A stretch of 64,000 bases of DNA, taken from assembly GCA_965243025.1 (NCBI GenBank), contig CBDETY010000003.1, positions 1,120,001 through 1,184,000 on the forward strand, given 5' to 3'. Within the stretch, counting starts at the first letter, position 1. The number at the start of each line of letters is the position of its first letter. The position numbers and the translations under genes were made by a program. The DNA is from Candidatus Latescibacterota bacterium (GTDB lineage Bacteria; Latescibacterota; UBA2968; UBA8231). Positions 57,824-64,000 of this stretch are shown here, in pieces. The notes under the pieces were generated by a model, which was not told the DNA's origin, did no database searches, and worked only from the letters and a program-made list of their open reading frames with translations.

Positions 57824-59776
57824 ATGTTATCCGTAGACAACGTAGCCAAGATTTTCGGAGACCAGGTCCTTTTCCGGAACGCGAGCTTCGCCGTGGGCGC
57901 CGGCGAACGCATAGGAGTAGTAGGACCGAACGGCGCCGGCAAGACGACCTTTTTCCGCATGCTCGCCGGTGAACTGCTTGCCGACGAGGGGGAGATCCGG
58001 TCGCCGAAGAACTACAGCGTGGTCCAGCTTCGGCAGGAGTGGCTGCCGCTCCAGGGGGATACCGTGCTCGAGGCGGCGCTGCGGGAGTTCGCTCCCTGGT
58101 TCGAAGCGCGCGCCGGGATGGACCGGATCGAGCGGCAGCTGTCCGAATCCTCTGACGAGAAGCTCGTCGGGCGCTACCGGGAGATCGAGCACCGGTTCAG
58201 CATGCTCGGCGGCCACCAGGTCGAGCAGACGGCGAGGGAGCTGCTCGCCGGCCTCGGCTTCGCTTCCGGTCAGTTCGGCGAGCCCGCGGTGCAGCTCAGC
58301 GGCGGCTGGCGGATCCGCTGCCACCTCGCCGGCCTGCTGCTGCAGGAGGCGGATCTGCTGCTCCTCGACGAGCCGACCAACCACCTCGACATCCGTTCGG
58401 TCAAGTGGTTCGAGGAGTTCCTCGGGCAGTACCGCCAGTCGTTCATGCTGATCAGCCACGACCGCCGGCTGGTGCAGCGTCTCGCCCGCGGCATTCTCGA
58501 GTTCGCGCCTCCGCAGCTCACCCTGTGGCCCGGGTCGCTCCGGCAGTACGAGACCCTCAAGCAGCAGCGTATCGACCAGCTGGAAGCGACGATCGCCAAC
58601 AGGCAGAAGGAGGTGGAACGGCTCGAGGATTTCGCCCGGCGCTTCCGCGCCAAGGCGACGAAAGCGCGCCAGGCCCAGAACCGGCTCAAGACCGCCGGCC
58701 GCTACCAGGAGCAGATCGAGGAGCTGCAGAAGTCGATGCCGGTGATTTCCAGGCGTCCGGCCAGCTTCCGGCTGGAGCTGGAGCGGCGCCTGCCGAGCCG
58801 GGTGCTGGAGTTCGAGAAGGCGGTTTTCGGGTACCGCGCCGACAGGCCGCTGTTCGAGCTGCCGCGTTGCGTCATCGAAGGGGGCAGGAAGATCGGCATC
58901 GTCGGCGTCAACGGCGCCGGCAAGTCGACCTTCCTCAAGTGCTGCGCCGGAGAGCTGCCGCTGCTTTCGGGCAGCAGGCAGCGGAGCGACCAGGTCGCCA
59001 CCGGCTTCTTCGCCCAGCACCGCATGGAGGAGCTGCCCCTGCCCAGCGTCGCCCTCGATTATCTCGCCGAGCAGAGCTTCGGCAACCCTCCGGCGCGGGT
59101 GCGCTCCCTCGCCGCCAGCCTCGGGCTCTCGGGAGGGGATCTCGAGAAGCGGATCGAAGTGCTGTCTGGCGGTGAGAAGGCCCGCGTCAGTCTGGCCCGC
59201 ATCCTGTTGTCGAGGCCGGGCATGCTGCTGCTCGACGAGCCGACGAACCACCTCGACCTCGAAGCCTGCGACGCTCTCAAGCGCGGACTGGCCACGTACG
59301 AGGGAACCTTGCTGATCGTTTCCCACAACCGCGACTTCCTCGATTCCCTCGTCGACTCGATTCTCGAGATCCGGCCGGGAGAGGCGGTCCTGCATCACGG
59401 CAACTACAGCGAGTGGCTCGAGCGCCTCGAAGCCCGGGAGCAGGATGGGCTCCAGATGGCAGATCAGCCGAAGAAGCCGGCGGGGAAGGGGAGGAAGACG
59501 GCGGAGATGAAACGGCGCGAGGCCGAGCAGCGGCAGCAGCGCTCGAACCGTCTGAAGAAGATCCGCGGGGAGGTGTACGCGGCGGAGGCGAGGCTCAGAA
59601 AGTGCACCGCCGAGCTCGCCGATCTCGACCGCAGGCTGTGCCTGCCGGAAAGCCCCCGGGAGCCTTTGTTTCCCGAGTGGCTGAGGCGGCACGCCGAGCT
59701 GACCGCAGACCTTCCCCGACACGAGCAGCGCTGGCTGGAGGCGTCGGAGGAGCTCGAGCGCTTCGAGGGTCAGTAA
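57824..59776 (+). CDS. ABC-F family ATP-binding protein
   Basis: Two NBDs (GPNGAGKT, LSGGW, LDEPTNHLD; GVNGAGKS, LSGGE), no TM segments, C-terminal coiled coil. Confidence 0.93.
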   Translation: MLSVDNVAKIFGDQVLFRNASFAVGAGERIGVVGPNGAGKTTFFRMLAGELLADEGEIRSPKNYSVVQLRQEWLPLQGDTVLEAALREFAPWFEARAGMDRIERQLSESSDEKLVGRYREIEHRFSMLGGHQVEQTARELLAGLGFASGQFGEPAVQLSGGWRIRCHLAGLLLQEADLLLLDEPTNHLDIRSVKWFEEFLGQYRQSFMLISHDRRLVQRLARGILEFAPPQLTLWPGSLRQYETLKQQRIDQLEATIANRQKEVERLEDFARRFRAKATKARQAQNRLKTAGRYQEQIEELQKSMPVISRRPASFRLELERRLPSRVLEFEKAVFGYRADRPLFELPRCVIEGGRKIGIVGVNGAGKSTFLKCCAGELPLLSGSRQRSDQVATGFFAQHRMEELPLPSVALDYLAEQSFGNPPARVRSLAASLGLSGGDLEKRIEVLSGGEKARVSLARILLSRPGMLLLDEPTNHLDLEACDALKRGLATYEGTLLIVSHNRDFLDSLVDSILEIRPGEAVLHHGNYSEWLERLEAREQDGLQMADQPKKPAGKGRKTAEMKRREAEQRQQRSNRLKKIRGEVYAAEARLRKCTAELADLDRRLCLPESPREPLFPEWLRRHAELTADLPRHEQRWLEASEELERFEGQ

Positions 59777-59894
59777 GGTTCGGAGTGTCTCCCCGGGGAG
59801 GCAGCGAGTCACCGATCGGCCACGGTGGGACCGCCGCATTCCTCCCGCCGGCAGCCGGGGGAACCGGAAAAAGGCGCGGCACGATTCTTGCGGA

Positions 59895-59923
59895 TTGCCT
59901 ACCGCCGAGCCCCGGGCTATACT
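59895..59923 (+). promoter_or_regulatory. Putative sigma70 promoter
   Basis: TTGCCT-N17-TATACT, 17 bp upstream of GTG 59941. Confidence 0.55.
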
Positions 59924-59940
59924 CGCGAAAGGGATTTGCC

Positions 59941-60744
59941 GTGTCCGATGATCTCACAACCCGCGACGTGTTCCAGCAGGTCGACAGCCGTCTCACCCGC
60001 GTCGAGGAGGATTTGCGCCAGCTGAGGGCCGATACGACCGCCGGATTCGCCCGCCTCGATCTGCGGATCGACCAGTTTCAGCTGGGGCTCACCAAGCGCA
60101 TGGATCAGTGGCAGCAGGGCCTCAGCCAACGCATGGACGAGGGTCAACGGAGTCTTTCCCAGCGCATGAACGAGGGGGACCAGGGGCTTATCCAGCGTAT
60201 GGACGAGGGTCACCAGGAGCTGGCGCAACGCATGGACGAGGGCCAACGGAGTCTTACCCAGCGCATGGACCAGGGCGACCAGGGGCTTATCCAGCGTATG
60301 GACGAGGGTCAACGGAGTCTTACCCAGCGCATGGACGAGGGTCACCAGGAGCTTGTGCAACGCATGGACGAGGGCCAACGGAGTCTTACCCAGCGCATGG
60401 ACCAGGGCGACCAGGGGCTTATCCAGCGTATGGACGAGGGTCAACGGAGTCTTACCCAGCGCATGGACCAGGGCGACCAGGGGCTTATCCAGCGTATGGA
60501 CGAGGGTCAACGGAGTCTTACCCAGCGCATGGATGAGGGTCACCAGGAGCTGGCGCAACGCATGGACGAGGGTCAACGGAGTCTTACCCAGCGCATGGAC
60601 CAGGGCGACCAGGTACTTGTGCAACGCATGGACCAGGGCCAACGCGGGCTTTCCCAACGCATGGATCAGCTGCAGTGGCGGATGGTCGGTCTCTTCGTCG
60701 TCACCTGGGTCACGGTGGTCGGATCCATCTGGCTGAAATCCTGA
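59941..60744 (+). CDS. Membrane-anchored hendecad coiled-coil repeat protein (CCDC90/DUF1640/Bdr-like architecture)
   Basis: 18 x 11-aa L-x-QRMD-x-G-x-x-x repeats followed by a C-terminal TM helix MVGLFVVTWVTVVGSIW. Confidence 0.8.
   Translation: MSDDLTTRDVFQQVDSRLTRVEEDLRQLRADTTAGFARLDLRIDQFQLGLTKRMDQWQQGLSQRMDEGQRSLSQRMNEGDQGLIQRMDEGHQELAQRMDEGQRSLTQRMDQGDQGLIQRMDEGQRSLTQRMDEGHQELVQRMDEGQRSLTQRMDQGDQGLIQRMDEGQRSLTQRMDQGDQGLIQRMDEGQRSLTQRMDEGHQELAQRMDEGQRSLTQRMDQGDQVLVQRMDQGQRGLSQRMDQLQWRMVGLFVVTWVTVVGSIWLKS
60088..60681 (+). repeat. Coding 33-bp tandem repeat, 18 units
   Basis: Units such as CTTACCCAGCGCATGGACCAGGGCGACCAGGGG and CTTATCCAGCGTATGGACGAGGGTCAACGGAGT. Confidence 0.92.
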
Positions 60745-60755
60745 CGAATCCGGTC

Positions 60756-60998
60756 ATGTCGGAAGATCTCACCACCCGGGACGTTTTCCAGCATGCCGAC
60801 AGCCGCCTGACCCGCGTCGAGGAGGATCTGCGCCAGTTCCGCAGGGAAATGAACGCGGGATTCGACCGCCTCGATCTGCGGATCGACCAGTCTCAGCAAG
60901 GGCTTACCCAGCGCATGGATCGGCAGCAGTGGCGCATGGTCGGTCTCTTCGTCGCCATATGGATCACCGTGGTGGGCTCCATCTGGTTGAAGCAGTAG
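60756..60998 (+). CDS. Short paralog (80 aa) of the upstream coiled-coil protein, single repeat unit
   Basis: MSEDLTTRDVFQ.ADSRLTRVEEDLRQ...LDLRIDQ...WRMVGLFV.IWITVVGSIWLK is nearly identical to both ends of 59941-60744. Confidence 0.8.
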   Translation: MSEDLTTRDVFQHADSRLTRVEEDLRQFRREMNAGFDRLDLRIDQSQQGLTQRMDRQQWRMVGLFVAIWITVVGSIWLKQ

Positions 60999-61745
60999 CT
61001 ACCGGTCCTCCGGCGGCCTGCGGAAGTACTCCTCCACCTTCTCTCCGACCTCGTACCCGAGAATACGCCGCGCCTTGTCGACGGGGTACTTCCCGTGCTC
61101 GAGGTAGCTGTTGAGGTTGAACCACTGGTAATGCTCCGGCAGGTCTTCGACCTCGAAGGCCAGGCGGCAGGCGTTGACGAGATCTTCCCAGACGATGGTG
61201 AAGGGCGGATGGCTGGTCCGCCCGCCCGGCTCCCGCGGCTTCGGGCCCAACCCGTTGAACAGGAACCAGACCGTGTCGATGCCGTGCTGCCGCGCGTAGG
61301 CACGGGAGATCTCCATGCCGAGGAACTTCGTCACGCAGTAGTGCCCGGTCCCCGGCGCCGGGGGAACGTCGTCGACGCCGAAGTCGTGGTCGTACCAAAG
61401 GCGAACCAGCTGCGGACCGGTGTGCAGGACGCGCCGGATGCCGTGCTCGACAAGGGCGCGGCTGATGTTCTCGACCCCGCGGGTGTTCACCTCCCAGCTC
61501 AGCACCGGGTCGTCGCGCACCACACACAGGTTGAAGACCGCGTCCTGCCCCTCGCAGGCGCGGCTCACCGCCTCCGGGTCGCGGATATCGACAGTGGATA
61601 CCGGGTGGCTGTCCGGATGCGGGACTATGTCGGTCAGGGTCAGCTCGTACTCCTCCGACAGCCCCGGCGTGATGAAGGGGCCGATGTTGCCGCACGCCCC
61701 GAAGACGACGACCCGCTTCGCTTTCCTTCCGGATTCAGCGGTCAT
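60999..61745 (-). CDS. NAD-dependent epimerase/dehydratase
   Basis: VFGACGNIG, YCVTK. Confidence 0.85.
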   Translation of the reverse strand: MTAESGRKAKRVVVFGACGNIGPFITPGLSEEYELTLTDIVPHPDSHPVSTVDIRDPEAVSRACEGQDAVFNLCVVRDDPVLSWEVNTRGVENISRALVEHGIRRVLHTGPQLVRLWYDHDFGVDDVPPAPGTGHYCVTKFLGMEISRAYARQHGIDTVWFLFNGLGPKPREPGGRTSHPPFTIVWEDLVNACRLAFEVEDLPEHYQWFNLNSYLEHGKYPVDKARRILGYEVGEKVEEYFRRPPEDR

Positions 61746-62494
61746 GGGCCACCCCCTTTCCTGGCAGTGGCGAAGTCGTGCTCGAATCCCTCCCTGATCG
61801 CATCGTCGATCAGGAAACGCGGGTTCGGAGGATCGGCGCAGACGTGGCGGACCTGCCAGCGTCTCGCCCAGTTGAGCTCGGAGCCGGAGTCGCGGCCCAG
61901 GGCGGTTCGCACCGCGCGCGCCGCATCGCGGGGATCGAGCCAGCAATGGTCGGGGGCCGCCGCGTCCGCCTCCTCCTCGAAGGTCAGCGTGCCCAGGCGC
62001 AGGGAGGTGCCGGTTATCGCGTGATCGCGGGTGAACTCCCGCACCGTGAGCTCGGCGAGATAGCGCCACATGGTCTGGCCGGAAGGGGGCGGAAAAGGCT
62101 CGTGCAGCTCGCTGATGTAGACGTCGCCGGGGTAGCGGTCGAACAGGTCGAGGGTGCCGCAGTACACGAAGCGCAGGGCGCCGGCGGCGACCGCGGCAGC
62201 CATCAGGTCGTAGGTTCCGCGGGTGTACCAGTCGAGCTTGCCGCCGTCGCCGGGGGGCGGTGTCAGCGGCAGCTCCCCCGTATGGACGACGGCGTCGGTC
62301 CCGGCGACCGCCCGCTCCAGGCTGGCGAGGTCGAGGTGATCTGCCCCCACGGATTCGCAGCCCGCCGGCGGGTCGAAGGCTTCGCTCTCCAGCAGGCGCA
62401 GATCATCCCCCGTTCCGGCGAGTTCGTCGGTTATGGCGCGCCCCAGCCAACTCCGCGCCGAAGTAATGAGTACTCTCACGATCGGGTCCTCCAA
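61742..62494 (-). CDS. NAD-dependent epimerase/dehydratase-like protein (degenerate catalytic motifs)
   Basis: VLITSARSWLG Rossmann-like start, DAVVH, SLRLG; no canonical YxxxK. Confidence 0.75.
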   Translation of the reverse strand: MEDPIVRVLITSARSWLGRAITDELAGTGDDLRLLESEAFDPPAGCESVGADHLDLASLERAVAGTDAVVHTGELPLTPPPGDGGKLDWYTRGTYDLMAAAVAAGALRFVYCGTLDLFDRYPGDVYISELHEPFPPPSGQTMWRYLAELTVREFTRDHAITGTSLRLGTLTFEEEADAAAPDHCWLDPRDAARAVRTALGRDSGSELNWARRWQVRHVCADPPNPRFLIDDAIREGFEHDFATARKGGGP

Positions 62495-62562
62495 CGGTCT
62501 GGAATGAGCCGGCGGGAAATCCGGCTCAGCGTTCTTCCTTTTTCAGGGCTTCCCGGCCCGGA

Positions 62563-63615
62563 TCACACCGAAACCGAGGCGAGATAGATGTTGGAGCCTG
62601 GCGATTCGCCGTACTCGTGGCTCGAGTAGTAGGCGATCAGGGCCTCGCTGTCTCCATGCGGCAGGATGGCGGCATACCCGGTGTCCCCGCCGCTTTCAAG
62701 CAGCCCCTCGACAGTCAGGTCGCCCCTGTCGCTGTCGTAGAGGAATACCCCGGTCGCCAGCCCCTGCTTGCCGAACTTGCCGGTGAGGGAGCGCTGCCCC
62801 TCGTTGTCGAAGCTGCGACCGGTGACGACGATCCGGCCGCCCACCCGGGCGACGTCGGCCCCGTAGCAGCGGGACTCCCGGCTGCGGCGGTACTCCCACT
62901 CCCGGTAGGGAGGGGATGACGTGGCCAGCACCGCGCAGTGTCCGCGGGCGCGCACGATGGCCAACAGGCGCTCGTCGTCGAGAAAGAGGAGGGCGGCTTC
63001 GGAGGGAGAGGGGGTCCCGAACCATTCGCCGTCGACGGCGTCCACAAGGTCTGCTTCCCCGGCCGCCGAACCGCGGATGATCTCCGAAACCCACGCCCAC
63101 TGCTCGCCGTCCTCGGAGGTCAGCAGGTCGACTTTGGCGTCGGCTCCCGGCGGCACCCGGCCGGCGTTGTCCGCGGTGAGGAAGTAGCGGCCGTTGTGCT
63201 CGACCGGGTGCCAGAAGTCGTGGTTCACGGCGTAGCACCGCCTCGGCCTGCTCCAGGTTTCCCCGTCCCCGGTGGCGGCCATCAGCATCCAGGAGCGGGC
63301 GACCCGGTCCCCCGCCATTACCGCTTGAGTGTCGGCGGCCCCGGCGTACATCAGCAACCGCCCGCCGGAGACGAGCAGCTGCGGTTCGGCGACGTACCCG
63401 CCGGCCGCCTCCTGCGAGATGGCGACCCGGCAGCTCCAGTTCTCCAGGTCCGTTGAGGAGAGCACCGCGCACTGGGTATCGGGCGAGTTGTGCCCCGAGC
63501 CGTCGCAGAAGGCGATGTGCCAGGCGCCGTTCCAGTGCACCATGTCGCCGACGTGCCAGCCCCTGCCGTTGGCGAAGATCCTCCTGGTCCAGTTGACGTT
63601 CATGTCAGCTCCCAT
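62563..63615 (-). CDS. BNR/Asp-box beta-propeller hypothetical protein
   Basis: STDLENW, TGDGETW, SEDGEQW; C-terminal SGGDTGY...YYSSHE. Confidence 0.8.
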   Translation of the reverse strand: MGADMNVNWTRRIFANGRGWHVGDMVHWNGAWHIAFCDGSGHNSPDTQCAVLSSTDLENWSCRVAISQEAAGGYVAEPQLLVSGGRLLMYAGAADTQAVMAGDRVARSWMLMAATGDGETWSRPRRCYAVNHDFWHPVEHNGRYFLTADNAGRVPPGADAKVDLLTSEDGEQWAWVSEIIRGSAAGEADLVDAVDGEWFGTPSPSEAALLFLDDERLLAIVRARGHCAVLATSSPPYREWEYRRSRESRCYGADVARVGGRIVVTGRSFDNEGQRSLTGKFGKQGLATGVFLYDSDRGDLTVEGLLESGGDTGYAAILPHGDSEALIAYYSSHEYGESPGSNIYLASVSV

Positions 63616-63627
63616 GGCTGTTGGCCG

Positions 63628-63999
63628 CTATTGCAGCCGGTTTCCCGTGACTCCCGCCAGCGCGTCGACGATCCAGAAAAGGCCGTACACGGCCGTATGG
63701 CCGAGTATCATTCCCATGAAGAAGGAGCGCGCTGTCAAGTGCGAACGCTGTCCCCCGAAGCGCTTGACCAGGGTTTGCATCCCCCAGGCGATGAAGGCGT
63801 TGATCGTCAGCTTGCCGAAAACCGAGCAGACCGGGAAACCGAGCGGATGAAGCGGCCACCACGGGTAGCGCCAGCGCGCCGCCATCAGGGCGCTCATCAC
63901 CAGGCCGCCGATTCCGGTATGCATCCAGCCGCCCGCCTCGGGAGCTGACGGCCGCTGGATCAGGGAGACGGCGTAGTCGCATACCGCCTGCGGCAGCCA
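63628..63999 (-). CDS. DUF6784/DUF6785-like polytopic membrane protein (5' partial)
   Basis: RWRYPWWPLHPLGFP and FFMGMILG; frame is open to the window edge. Confidence 0.7.
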   Translation of the reverse strand, partial: WLPQAVCDYAVSLIQRPSAPEAGGWMHTGIGGLVMSALMAARWRYPWWPLHPLGFPVCSVFGKLTINAFIAWGMQTLVKRFGGQRSHLTARSFFMGMILGHTAVYGLFWIVDALAGVTGNRLQ

Positions 64000-64000
64000 G

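Noticed and set aside
57824-59776. Antibiotic-resistance ABC-F with leader-peptide attenuation
   Set aside because: It lies only 36 bp from the upstream gene with no leader ORF, and the architecture fits housekeeping YheS/Uup-like ABC-F proteins.
60088-60681. 33-bp periodic repeat as CRISPR or non-coding array
   Set aside because: It is an in-frame coding repeat (11 aa) with no spacers.

Overview
High-GC bacterial chromosomal window, densely coding, with about 58 genes and no rRNA, tRNA, CRISPR array or intact transposase seen. Gene content (FlgD-Ig/sorting-domain surface proteins, nine PhyH-like dioxygenases, BNR/sialidase-like proteins, Gfo/Idh/MocA, SDR and AKR oxidoreductases, a DUF6785-like membrane protein) resembles Latescibacterota, Gemmatimonadota or Poribacteria-type organisms; this taxonomy is inference only. 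Main points: (1) a hidden, probably exported selenoprotein (U-x-x-C redoxin fused to a C-terminal sorting domain) that the ORF track splits at an in-frame TGA, lying next to a TlpA redoxin and a DUF6029-like outer-membrane protein; (2) the archaeal-type phosphopantothenate pathway (PoK + PPS) preceded by comA; (3) three PhyH paralogs with H-x-G/S instead of H-x-D and a co-varying E-S-x-x-H motif; (4) an AT-rich 23-bp tandem array directly upstream of an AAA+/DUF4143 gene; (5) a seven-gene putative surface or secretion operon at 1-11 kb; (6) two MITE-like families, one sitting at stop codons; (7) a long/short pair of hendecad coiled-coil paralogs differing by exactly 17 x 33 bp.
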